32,000 nt of DNA from Sinorhizobium meliloti (lineage in GTDB: Bacteria; Pseudomonadota; Alphaproteobacteria; Rhizobiales; Rhizobiaceae), in assembly GCF_017876815.1 (NCBI RefSeq), contig NZ_JAGIOS010000002.1, positions 840,001-872,000 on the forward strand, written 5' to 3'. The position numbers and the translations under genes were made by a program. This document shows, one piece after another, positions 16,664 through 24,157 of the stretch. How positions within the stretch are numbered: position 1 is the stretch's first letter; each line of letters begins with the position of its first letter. The notes under the pieces were generated by a model. The model worked only from the letters and a program-made list of their open reading frames with translations, was not told the origin of the DNA and did no database searches.

Positions 16664-17749
16664 ATGAACAGCTTTCTGAAACGACCGCTCATTGCGGGTC
16701 TCATTACTTTTTCCATCGGCGCAGCGGCTCTGGGCCATCCCGTCTTCGCTGCCGAGACGACCTATCCGCTGACACTCGAGAATTGCGGACGGCAGATCAC
16801 CTTCGACAAGACGCCGACGCGCACCGTCTCGATCGGCCAGAGCAGCACAGAGATCCTCTATCTGCTCGGCCTTGCGGATAAGGTCGCCGGCACCGCCCTC
16901 TGGGTCGGCCCCGTCCTTGAAGGTTACGAGGAGGTCAACGCCAGGGTCGAGCGCCTGGCAGACAACGATCCGAGCTTCGAAAGTGTACTTGCCAAGAAGC
17001 CGGACATGGTGGCGGTGCAGTTTCAGTGGCAGGTCGGCCCGGAAGGCGTGGTCGCGAGGCCGGAGCAGTTCGAGGAGCTCGGCATCCCGGTCTACACATC
17101 ACCATCGGATTGCACCGGCAAGGAGAATTCGGCGGCGAGCGACGGCGTGCGCCGGCAGGTCTTCACCATGGATCTCGTCTACCGGGAAATTCGCGAGCTG
17201 GCGCAGATCTACAATGTTCAGGACAAGGGCGAGAAGGTCGTCGCCGAGCTGAAAAGCCGAGAAGAGGCGGCGCGCGCCAAGGTCGCCTCGGCCGGGGACA
17301 AGCTCTCGGCAGTCTTCTGGTTCTCCAGCGCTGCCGATGCCGACCCCTATGTCGCCGGCAGGAATGGCGCGCCCGGCTACATAATGGCGGCGCTCGGGAT
17401 CGAAAACATCATCGACACAGAAGACGAATGGCCGACGGTCGGCTGGGAAACCATCGCCAAAGCCGAGCCGACCATGATCGTTGCCGGCTCCATGGAACGT
17501 CGACGTTACCCGCTCGACAGCCTCGACGCGAAACTCGAATTCCTGAAGACCGATCCCGTGGCGAGCCTCATGCCGGCAGTCGCCAAACGCTATGTGTTCG
17601 CCATGGATGCGCAGGCGATGAACCCGACGATCCGCACGATCGAGGGCGTCGAAGCGCTGGCGGATGCCATCGCCGAGGCCGGACTTGCCTCCAAGGCGGG
17701 GCTGGCCTCCAAGGCGGGGCTGGCCTCCAAGGGTGGGTTGGGCAAGTGA
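16664..17749 (+). CDS. ABC transporter periplasmic binding protein, Fe-siderophore/B12 (BtuF/FecB-like) family
   Basis: Signal peptide MNSFLKRPLIAGLITFSIGAAALGHPVFAAE. Type-8 PBP-like motifs are present (RTVSIGQSSTEILYLLGLADKV, KPDMV). First gene after the B12 riboswitch. Confidence 0.9.
   Translation: MNSFLKRPLIAGLITFSIGAAALGHPVFAAETTYPLTLENCGRQITFDKTPTRTVSIGQSSTEILYLLGLADKVAGTALWVGPVLEGYEEVNARVERLADNDPSFESVLAKKPDMVAVQFQWQVGPEGVVARPEQFEELGIPVYTSPSDCTGKENSAASDGVRRQVFTMDLVYREIRELAQIYNVQDKGEKVVAELKSREEAARAKVASAGDKLSAVFWFSSAADADPYVAGRNGAPGYIMAALGIENIIDTEDEWPTVGWETIAKAEPTMIVAGSMERRRYPLDSLDAKLEFLKTDPVASLMPAVAKRYVFAMDAQAMNPTIRTIEGVEALADAIAEAGLASKAGLASKAGLASKGGLGK
17681..17734 (+). repeat. in-frame 18-bp tandem repeat x3 (AGLASK x3) at the 3' end of the binding-protein gene
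   Basis: GGACTTGCCTCCAAGGCG / GGGCTGGCCTCCAAGGCG / GGGCTGGCCTCCAAGGGT read directly. They encode AGLASKAGLASKAGLASKG. Confidence 0.9.
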
Positions 17750-18789
17750 GCCGCGTGCTGACGCTGGCCGGGCGAACGGGGACGGGACGCGTCGGCGCGG
17801 CTCTCGCCGCGCTCGTCATCCTCTTCGCAGCACTCTGGATGGGCGCTGCGATCGGCGAAACGGCGATCCCGTTCAAGACCGTTGCGCAGACGGTCGCGAA
17901 CCGGCTGTGGAACGCCGGCTATCCGCTGGCACCGATCGACGAGGGCATCATCTGGAGCTACCGGCTGAGCCGGGCGGTCGTGGCCGCTTCCTGCGGGGCG
18001 TCGCTCGCGCTCTCCGGCGCCGTGCTGCAATCGCTGCTGCGCAATCCGCTCGCCGACCCCTACATTCTCGGCATCTCCGCCGGCGCCTCGACGGGCGCGG
18101 TCAGCGTCGCCATTCTCGGTGTGGGTGCCGGGATGCTGACGCTGCCGCTCGGCGCCTTCATCGGCGCGCTGGTCGCTTTCGTCCTGGTGAGCCTGCTGGC
18201 GGTGAAGGCCGGCCGCGGCACCGCGGCGATCATCCTGGCAGGCGTGGCGGGGTCACAGCTCTTCAACGCGCTGACCTCCTTCATCGTCACCAAGGCGGCG
18301 ACGGCCGAGCAGGCGCGCGGCATCATGTTCTGGCTGCTCGGCAACCTTTCGGGCGTGCGCTGGCCGGATGCCTGGCTCGCCGTGCCGGCGACGCTTCTCG
18401 GTCTCGTCGTATGTCTCTGGCATGCCCGTCCCCTCGACGCGTTTACCTTCGGGTCGGAATCGGCTGCCTCGCTCGGCATCTCGGTCAGGCGAACCTATTT
18501 CGCGCTCGTCGGCGTCTCGGCGATGATGACGGCGGTGATGGTATCCATCGTCGGCTCGATAGGTTTCGTCGGCCTCGTCATCCCCCATGCGGCCCGCATG
18601 CTCGTCGGCGTCCGCCACGGTGTCCTGCTGCCGGCAGCGGCGCTCATCGGCGCCGTATTCATGATCCTCGCGGACATCCTGTCGCGCGTTCTCATTCCCG
18701 GCCAGGTCTTGCCGATCGGCGTGATCACGGCGCTCGTCGGCGCCCCGGCCTTCGCGTTGATACTCGGACAAAGGAGGGACCGCGCATGA
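17746..18789 (+). CDS. FecCD/BtuC-family ABC permease
   Basis: GTG start overlaps the upstream stop (GTGA). Contains ...LLRNPLADPYILGISAGASTGAV...GFVGLVIPHAARMLVG...PIGVITALVGAPAFALIL. The 5' part of track ORF 17026..18789 is out of frame within the binding-protein gene. Confidence 0.9.
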   Translation: MSRVLTLAGRTGTGRVGAALAALVILFAALWMGAAIGETAIPFKTVAQTVANRLWNAGYPLAPIDEGIIWSYRLSRAVVAASCGASLALSGAVLQSLLRNPLADPYILGISAGASTGAVSVAILGVGAGMLTLPLGAFIGALVAFVLVSLLAVKAGRGTAAIILAGVAGSQLFNALTSFIVTKAATAEQARGIMFWLLGNLSGVRWPDAWLAVPATLLGLVVCLWHARPLDAFTFGSESAASLGISVRRTYFALVGVSAMMTAVMVSIVGSIGFVGLVIPHAARMLVGVRHGVLLPAAALIGAVFMILADILSRVLIPGQVLPIGVITALVGAPAFALILGQRRDRA

Positions 18790-19586
18790 CGCTTTCGGCG
18801 AGCGGGGTTTCATGGTCGGCCGGTGGGGTGGAGATCCTGAAGGATGTCTCCCTCACCGTCGAGACGGGAGAGTTCCTCGGCATCATCGGCCCGAACGGTT
18901 CCGGCAAGACGAGCCTGATGTCGCTCATATCGGGCATCCGCAAGCCGAAGAGGGGGGAGGTGCTTCTGGACGGTTGTCCGATCGGGACGCTCGGCCGCCG
19001 CACGGTCGCGCAAAGGCTCGCTCTGGTCGAGCAGCAGGCCGAGACCGGCGAGCGGATCACCGCGCGCCAAGCGGTCGAGCTCGGCCGCACGCCCTATCTC
19101 GGGCCGCTTTCGCCCTGGTCGCCGGAGGACGATGCGATCGTCGGGGCGGCGCTCGCAAATGTGGACATGGCGCATCTTGCCGATCGCCTCTGGCACACGC
19201 TCTCCGGCGGCGAGCGGCAAAGGCTGCACATTGCTCGGGCGCTGGCGCAGCAATCGAAGATCCTGCTCCTCGACGAGCCGACCAACCATCTCGACATCGG
19301 CCATCAGATCAGCCTGCTCGACCTCGTTCGCCGCCAGGACCTGACGGTGGTCGCAGCGCTCCATGACCTCAACCACGCCGCTATGTTCTGCGACAGGATC
19401 GCGGTGATGCAGGCCGGCCGGCTGGTGGCGCTCGGGCGCCCGCGGGAGGTACTGACGGTCGAGCGCATCCGCGCAGTCTTCGGGATCGAGGTCGAGGTCG
19501 AGCACGAGTTCGACGGAAGCTGCTCCATCCGCTATCGCGTAAGACGCCCGCGTCCGCTTGCCGCAATCGCCGCCGTCGGAGCCTGA
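18786..19586 (+). CDS. ABC transporter ATP-binding protein (BtuD/FecE-like)
   Basis: ATGA start/stop overlap with the permease gene. Walker A GPNGSGKTS, signature LSGGERQRL, Walker B ILLLDEPTNHLD. Confidence 0.9.
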   Translation: MTLSASGVSWSAGGVEILKDVSLTVETGEFLGIIGPNGSGKTSLMSLISGIRKPKRGEVLLDGCPIGTLGRRTVAQRLALVEQQAETGERITARQAVELGRTPYLGPLSPWSPEDDAIVGAALANVDMAHLADRLWHTLSGGERQRLHIARALAQQSKILLLDEPTNHLDIGHQISLLDLVRRQDLTVVAALHDLNHAAMFCDRIAVMQAGRLVALGRPREVLTVERIRAVFGIEVEVEHEFDGSCSIRYRVRRPRPLAAIAAVGA

Positions 19587-19589
19587 CCC

Positions 19590-20384
19590 ATGGACATGCG
19601 CAACCACGACCTGAAGGAAGATATCCGCGAATACTGGTCGAAGCGGTCGCAAACGTTCGACCTCGCCTTCGGCCATCGCATCCCGCCGGGGCCGGAGCTC
19701 GACGCCTGGGCGGCAGCGATGCGCGACGCACTGGGGGCGAGGCCGCTGAAGGTTCTCGAACTCGCCTGCGGGACGGGGGAGGTGACCAACGTGCTCCTTT
19801 CGCTCGGCCACGAAGTGACGGCGCTCGATTTCTCCGAGGCCATGCTCGCCGTCGCGCGGCGCAAGCACGCTGGGAACGACAGGGTCCGTTTCATACTGGC
19901 CGATGCCGAGCGCACGATGGAGCCGGACGAGACCTATGATGCGGTGGTCTGCCGGCATCTCGTCTGGACGCTGACAGAGCCGGAGCAGGCTTTCGCCGAA
20001 TGGTTCCGCCTGCTGAAGCCGGGCGGCAGGCTGCTCGTCTTCGACGGAGACTGGTCGAAACCGACACCGCTCGGCCGTCTGGCGTCAATCGCGGTGGCTG
20101 CCCTCGAGCAGATCATCGGCCACGACCCGCATTACGACGGGGCCATGAGCGAACGCCATGCGACGATCATGGAGCGTCTGCCCTTCGGCGACGGCCTCAC
20201 CGTCGAAAGACTTCTCCCTTTGATCGAAGAGGCGGGATTCGAGAACATAGAGTTGCCATCCCGCCGCCCGATCGCGGCGGCCCAGCGCAGGAATGCCGAT
20301 CTCAGAAACAGGCTGAGGACGTTCTTCTACCGCAGGTTTTTCCTCGTCTGCTCGCGGCCTTCGGGAGATGCCGGGCGCAGGTAG
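19590..20384 (+). CDS. class I SAM-dependent methyltransferase
   Basis: Motif I VLELACGTGEV. Also DFSEAMLAVARRK and LLKPGGRLLVFD. It starts 3 nt after the ATPase stop, so it is probably the fourth gene of the riboswitch operon. Confidence 0.85.
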   Translation: MDMRNHDLKEDIREYWSKRSQTFDLAFGHRIPPGPELDAWAAAMRDALGARPLKVLELACGTGEVTNVLLSLGHEVTALDFSEAMLAVARRKHAGNDRVRFILADAERTMEPDETYDAVVCRHLVWTLTEPEQAFAEWFRLLKPGGRLLVFDGDWSKPTPLGRLASIAVAALEQIIGHDPHYDGAMSERHATIMERLPFGDGLTVERLLPLIEEAGFENIELPSRRPIAAAQRRNADLRNRLRTFFYRRFFLVCSRPSGDAGRR

Positions 20385-20467
20385 ATCACTTCCCCACGCA
20401 CTAAGGCACGTTGAGATTTGGGATACCCGCGGCGCTTGTTTGATTACCTCATCCCTGTGCTTGTTGT

Positions 20468-20788
20468 TTAGCCCGGAGACATAACGGACGTCTGTTCGGA
20501 TACATCACTGACCGATTGATTGTTGGTCAAGTTGATTGTCGCGATGTGATGGGCAGCGAAGAAAACACCATAGTGGCCGTCGCGGTCGCCGGGGGCAGTG
20601 CGGCGGACGACGCCGCAGCGAACACGGATCGGTTCAACGTACCAGTCGCGCCCATCCATGTGTCCCGCCCGAAAGCCTACGAGGACGCACCAGCCTTTGG
20701 GGCAGACGCCACAGGAGTTGGAGCCGCAGGGAAGTGCCGCCCAGGAAGTCGCCGGCCTGTTCAGCTTCCTTTCGGAACAGGCAAGCAT
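20468..20788 (-). CDS. hypothetical Cys-rich small protein, possibly a 5'-damaged lipoprotein gene
   Basis: Third codon positions are strongly G/C. The co-phased plus-strand ORF (20516..20800) has the Ala/Gly/Asp/Val-rich look of an antisense artefact. The frame stays open upstream of the first ATG and encodes AFILSCLLVIMLAC (lipobox-like). No family recognised. Confidence 0.35.
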   Translation of the reverse strand: MLACSERKLNRPATSWAALPCGSNSCGVCPKGWCVLVGFRAGHMDGRDWYVEPIRVRCGVVRRTAPGDRDGHYGVFFAAHHIATINLTNNQSVSDVSEQTSVMSPG

Positions 20789-20818
20789 GATTACAAGTAA
20801 GCACGAAAGGATGAAAGC

Positions 20819-21104
20819 ATGAGTCGCGAGCCTTCCCTCCTAGCGACCACCATCAAGGCGGCCGAGCAGCCGGCGGCCGCGCCAGCAGCCCGCAGCCGGC
20901 GGGAACCTACATTCCGCCGTCGCGGGCAAGACGGCCAAAACCCACCATTTGCCGCCGGCCTATTGGGAGACGCTGGAAGAAGTCAGCTTCCGAACCCCCG
21001 AGGACAAGGGCAAGCGGATACCGCAGGAGCGGCTTGTGGCCGAGGCGCTGAACCTGCTTTTCGCGAAATACAATTTCCCGGTCGTTCGAGAGGGTGGCGA
21101 GTAG
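20819..21104 (+). pseudogene. ribbon-helix-helix (CopG/ParG-like) gene with an apparent +1 frameshift
   Basis: ATG 20819 follows AAAGGA with 7-nt spacing and gives MSREPSLLATTIKAAEQPAAAPAARSRRE.... From about 20922 the coding-like frame changes and gives AGKTAKTHHLPPAYWETLEEVSFRTPEDKGKRIPQERLVAEALNLLFAKYNFPVVREGGE* (stop at 21102-21104). The original frame continues as low-complexity sequence. Confidence 0.45.
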
Positions 21105-21157
21105 CGGGCACACATGATGCTTACATTAGCTGCATGTAAGCGTCGTTAGACCGATCC

Positions 21158-21187
21158 TTGCCAAAAAATAGCAACTGCTGGTATATT
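21158..21187 (+). promoter_or_regulatory. putative parDE promoter
   Basis: TTGCCA (21158-21163), 18-nt spacer, TATATT (21182-21187). The palindrome GCTTACAT-N7-ATGTAAGC at 21119-21141 lies just upstream. Confidence 0.4.
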
Positions 21188-21211
21188 GCGCTTCAACAAG
21201 GAGATATGTCC

Positions 21212-21460
21212 ATGGCTGCTAGAAGCACATCTATTTCCCTTGGCGATCACTTCGCCGGTTTCATCGACAGCCAGGTGCAAACCGGCCGCTACGGCTCCGC
21301 CAGCGACGTTGTGCGGGCTGGACTTCGGCTTTTGGAAGAACACGAGGCGAAGGTAAGGGCGCTGGAAGCGGCCTTGATCGAGGGCGAAGAATCCGGCGAG
21401 CCAGAGCCATTCGACAACGAAGCGTTCAAAGCCGAAATGCGCGCCGAATATGGCGACTGA
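21212..21460 (+). CDS. parD: type II antitoxin, ParD family
   Basis: [62 protein letters not shown] is typical of ParD/CC2985-type antitoxins. AAGGAG lies 8 nt upstream. Alternative ATG at 21206. Confidence 0.85.
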   Translation: MAARSTSISLGDHFAGFIDSQVQTGRYGSASDVVRAGLRLLEEHEAKVRALEAALIEGEESGEPEPFDNEAFKAEMRAEYGD

Positions 21461-21746
21461 ACGGCCTTTCCGGCTCGCTCCTACCGCCAAGGCCGACCTT
21501 CGGAAGATATGGCGCTACACGGCTCGCCGCTGGTCTCTGGAACAGGCGGAGACCTACCAAGACCAGCTTTATACTGCATTTGAGGGACTGGCCGTAGGGA
21601 CGAAGAAAGGCCGCAATGTCGATGTGCGGCCGGGTTATCTCAAATACCCGGCAGGAGCGCACATCGTCTATTTTCGGGATCGCGGCGACCGGATCGACAT
21701 CATCCGCATCCTGCATGGCCGTGTGGACGCCCAACGGCATTTGTAG
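21450..21746 (+). CDS. parE: type II toxin, RelE/ParE family
   Basis: 98 aa, overlapping parD by 11 nt. Contains ...[36 protein letters not shown]...[23 protein letters not shown], a ParE-like pattern. Confidence 0.85.
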   Translation: MATERPFRLAPTAKADLRKIWRYTARRWSLEQAETYQDQLYTAFEGLAVGTKKGRNVDVRPGYLKYPAGAHIVYFRDRGDRIDIIRILHGRVDAQRHL

Positions 21747-21826
21747 AGAAGCGGCCGGCCGCGCGAAGCGTCGAAGTAGGGCAGGGTATCATGTTTACCT
21801 GTCAGCATGTAATCATCCGCCCACGT

Positions 21827-22087
21827 CCCCCAAGCCCGATGCGCATCGCGCATCGCAAGCACCTCGGCCTCTACCGCCTCATTGCAACGCATCGGGCTTA
21901 TATGCGGGCGCCGTGAGCGATCCGCCAACTCCCCGTCGCCGGCTTCCCACCGCGCCAGCCATTTATAGCGGATATCCGGGCTGATCCCGAACCGCCGGCA
22001 CAATTCCCGCCGGTTCACACCCTCCTCAAGCGGAAGTCGCACAAACCCCCGCCGCTCTCCCATCGTCGATACCTCTCGCCACGGCAT
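21827..22087 (-). pseudogene. IS481-family transposase, N-terminal HTH fragment only
   Basis: MPWREVSTMGERRGFVRLPLEEGVNRRELCRRFGISPDIRYKWLARWEAGDGELADRSRRPHISP...LAMRDAHRAWG matches the conserved IS481-type N-terminus. Similarity stops after about 96 aa and no DDE core follows. Confidence 0.7.
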
Positions 22088-22175
22088 GGAATAGCCCTCC
22101 GAAGCCAAATCCATGCCAGTATGACGTGTCAGCCATCTCCCCGAACACCCGTCAGTTATGTCCCCGGGCTAGAAA

Positions 22176-22268
22176 CTTGTCACAGGGATCCAGCCAGCCC
22201 AAGTCCTTGGGCTGGAAGAACTCTTCCCCGCGCCGCAGACGCGGCGCTGCTGGATCTTTTGTGACAAG
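22176..22268. mobile_element. 93-bp nested-hairpin element with TGT...ACA inverted ends (possible IS terminus / MITE-like)
   Basis: Arms CTTGTCACAGGGATCCAGC (22176-22194) and GCTGGATCTTTTGTGACAAG (22249-22268) are inverted repeats (17 of 20 positions complementary). Inside are the hairpins CCAGCCCAAG/CTTGGGCTGG and GCGCCGC/GCGGCGC. It sits about 90 bp upstream of the IS481 fragment. Confidence 0.4.
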
Positions 22269-22431
22269 CACAGAGATGAGGAGGTGAGATTGCAGTCCTC
22301 CCCGCGCTGACCGACGCGCTCGGCAATCTTGTCCGCACCGCCCTACGTGCCGACAAACCCACCAGAGCACCAACGCCATCATCATCTCGCAGCAGCCGTT
22401 ATAAACTCAAGATGAATCTCAACAGGCATTG

Positions 22432-22531
22432 GATCACGATGTTTTTAGCTAGGTCGGGTCGACCTAAAAACATGAACGTGACGCGGGATGTGGGCGGAAA
22501 ACCGCACACACTTTTCCTCATCCCGCTCTAA
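22432..22531 (-). repeat. RIME/REP-like intergenic repeat, full copy (inverted orientation)
   Basis: GATCACGATGTTTTTAGCTAGGTCGGGTCGACCTAAAAACATGAACGTG...GGCGGAAAACCGCACACACTTTTCCTCATCCCGCTCTAA is the reverse-complement counterpart of 26291-26400. Confidence 0.75.
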
Positions 22532-22590
22532 ATCCGTTGTTGCCTAATCCGCCTGCTCAGGCGTCATCAGATCCAAATTCGACCTCAAAA

Positions 22591-22616
22591 GGAACTCCGG
22601 GCCCCCGGCCGCCGTT
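22591..22616 (+). promoter_or_regulatory. EcfG/RpoE2-type general stress promoter motif
   Basis: GGAAC (22591-22595), 17 nt, CGTT (22613-22616), about 50 nt upstream of the DUF883 gene ATG. Confidence 0.5.
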
Positions 22617-22667
22617 TCCGGGTTGCTGTCTCTGACAAGTTGGGACCCAGACACGGAGGATGAGCAT

Positions 22668-23066
22668 ATGGCACAGGAAAAGCGACTCGGATCCACCATA
22701 CCGCGCGGCGTGGTCGATACGAAGAACGGATCGGTGGGCGTTCCGGACCAGGCAAGCATGGAAGAGGAAGTCAGATCGTTGCGCGAGCAGGTCAATGCGC
22801 TGACCGAAAAGCTCTCCGATCTCGGCATCTATTCCGGCAGGGCCATCGCGGACACCGGCCGCAGGGCCGGCGAGATGGCAAGGGAACATCCCGCCTGGAC
22901 GGCACTCGCCGTGGTCGGTCTTCTGGGGCTGCTCATTGCAGGGACCAGCCGGCCCTATTGGCATTCGCGGAGCTCCTCGCGCATCGAGGACCTGATCGCC
23001 GATATCGAGGACCGGCTGAGCGATCTGAAGGGCCGTTACTGGTCAAGCGGCTGGCGGCCCTGGTGA
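22668..23066 (+). CDS. DUF883/ElaB-YqjD-like membrane-anchored stress protein
   Basis: ATG 22668 follows GGAGGA with 7-nt spacing. A coiled N-terminal part is followed by ...AREHPAWTALAVVGLLGLLIAGTSR, a typical DUF883 anchor. An extra tail of about 40 aa follows. Confidence 0.7.
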   Translation: MAQEKRLGSTIPRGVVDTKNGSVGVPDQASMEEEVRSLREQVNALTEKLSDLGIYSGRAIADTGRRAGEMAREHPAWTALAVVGLLGLLIAGTSRPYWHSRSSSRIEDLIADIEDRLSDLKGRYWSSGWRPW

Positions 23067-23146
23067 AAATTGCGGCCCGTCCTGCCGGATACGATGTGCG
23101 TCCAGGTAGAGAGTCCGCAGTCGGGAGATCGCGGCATGCTTTGCGA

Positions 23147-23171
23147 GGAACCGATCGGTTTCTCGCTTGTT
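23147..23171 (+). promoter_or_regulatory. EcfG-like promoter motif (imperfect)
   Basis: GGAAC (23147-23151), 16 nt, TGTT (23168-23171), about 60 nt upstream of the 61-aa ORF. Confidence 0.35.
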
Positions 23172-23232
23172 CGGTCGCCGTGTCGAAGGTTGCCGGCGCG
23201 TGCCGGCCAGAAACAAGCATTGGAGCACCGAG

Positions 23233-23418
23233 ATGGAACACAAACCGGACCGTCCCAAGACCAAGGGCGAAAGCGGCACCGCCAAGAAGAACCAACCGGG
23301 TCACGTAGGCGGCGACGAGGCCCGCAAGGCGAAAGAATGGGGCGGCGGTTCCAAAGCCTCAAAAGGCGAGGTCAGCCGGGAAGACAAGCGCAACCCGAAT
23401 TCGAGTGCGAAAAGCTGA
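23233..23418 (+). CDS. 61-aa highly charged hydrophilin-like protein
   Basis: GGAG lies 7 nt before the ATG and codon bias is coding-like. Sequence: MEHKPDRPKTKGESGTAKKNQPGHVGGDEARKAKEWGGGSKASKGEVSREDKRNPNSSAKS. Confidence 0.5.
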   Translation: MEHKPDRPKTKGESGTAKKNQPGHVGGDEARKAKEWGGGSKASKGEVSREDKRNPNSSAKS

Positions 23419-23421
23419 GCC

Positions 23422-23868
23422 TCATTCAGCGTCGAGCTCGATGAGCGCTATCCCGAGTTCCGGTCGCTTGCGCCGGCACAATCCAGTCGGGCTTTCGCGG
23501 ATGATGACCTCCAGGGTCGGACGGACGTAACCCTCGAGAAGGTGCCCGCCACGTGTCGACCCGTCTTCCAATCCCAGAACCGCATGCAAATGCAGGCTCG
23601 GGCGGCCGGCTTCGTCCCGGGCAATATCGCCGATCGCGCTCAGAACTTCCGATTGCTCCGCTACGGGGATCTTCCGGTAATCTCTGCTTTCGATACGGAA
23701 GAAGCCCACCGTGGCACTGCTGAAGGCGCCGATCGCCGTCACCGAGGCGCCCGCGATGTCCGCCTGGGCTGCGAAGGCCGAAATAGCCGAGAATGCTTCG
23801 TCGCCCTCCTCGAGTACGAGAATGAAGGTACGTTCGCTCGCGTCTTGCGCCAAAAGTTTCTGTTTCAT
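23422..23868 (-). CDS. PPC (DUF296) domain protein
   Basis: ATG 23868 follows GAGGG with 7-nt spacing. MKQKLLAQDASERTFILVLEEGDEAFSAISAFAAQADIAGASVTAIGAFSSATVGFF...LHLHAVLG...GGHLLEGYVRPTLEVII is the typical DUF296 pattern. Confidence 0.8.
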   Translation of the reverse strand: MKQKLLAQDASERTFILVLEEGDEAFSAISAFAAQADIAGASVTAIGAFSSATVGFFRIESRDYRKIPVAEQSEVLSAIGDIARDEAGRPSLHLHAVLGLEDGSTRGGHLLEGYVRPTLEVIIRESPTGLCRRKRPELGIALIELDAE

Positions 23869-23891
23869 CAATTTGCCCTCGTCTCCGCCCG

Positions 23892-23916
23892 AACTTTTAC
23901 CATGACGATCTGTTCC
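23892..23916 (-). promoter_or_regulatory. EcfG-like promoter motif (imperfect) for the PPC gene
   Basis: The minus strand reads GGAAC-N16-AGTT, with the -10 about 23 nt before the ATG at 23868. Confidence 0.3.
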
Positions 23917-24157
23917 AGATTGAGCGAAGCCCCAACCGTTCATCAAGTGTCGGGCATCTCCGCGAGCGTCATAGAGCATTTTGATCCCGATGGCGGCCAG
24001 CCGCCCAGCGCGGCACGCCGATTTTCCTCGAACGCTGGCGGTTCGCGCCGAACGGGGGCATGATTGTACCTGGCGGCGATCTGCCGCCGTCCCTTGCCGC
24101 GCCAACAAGGAGATCCGGCGAGCCTGGAATCAAACCAGAATCCTTCAGGAGGAAACC

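Noticed and set aside
18810-19958. 382-aa minus-strand ORF, and the 5' two-thirds of track ORF 17664..19586
   Set aside because: These are shadows of the ABC ATPase, permease and methyltransferase genes. The real ATPase starts at 18786 (ATGA coupling).
22152-22385. 77-aa and 60-aa minus-strand ORFs
   Set aside because: They run straight through the nested-hairpin element, and their sequence is dictated by the inverted repeats. No SD.
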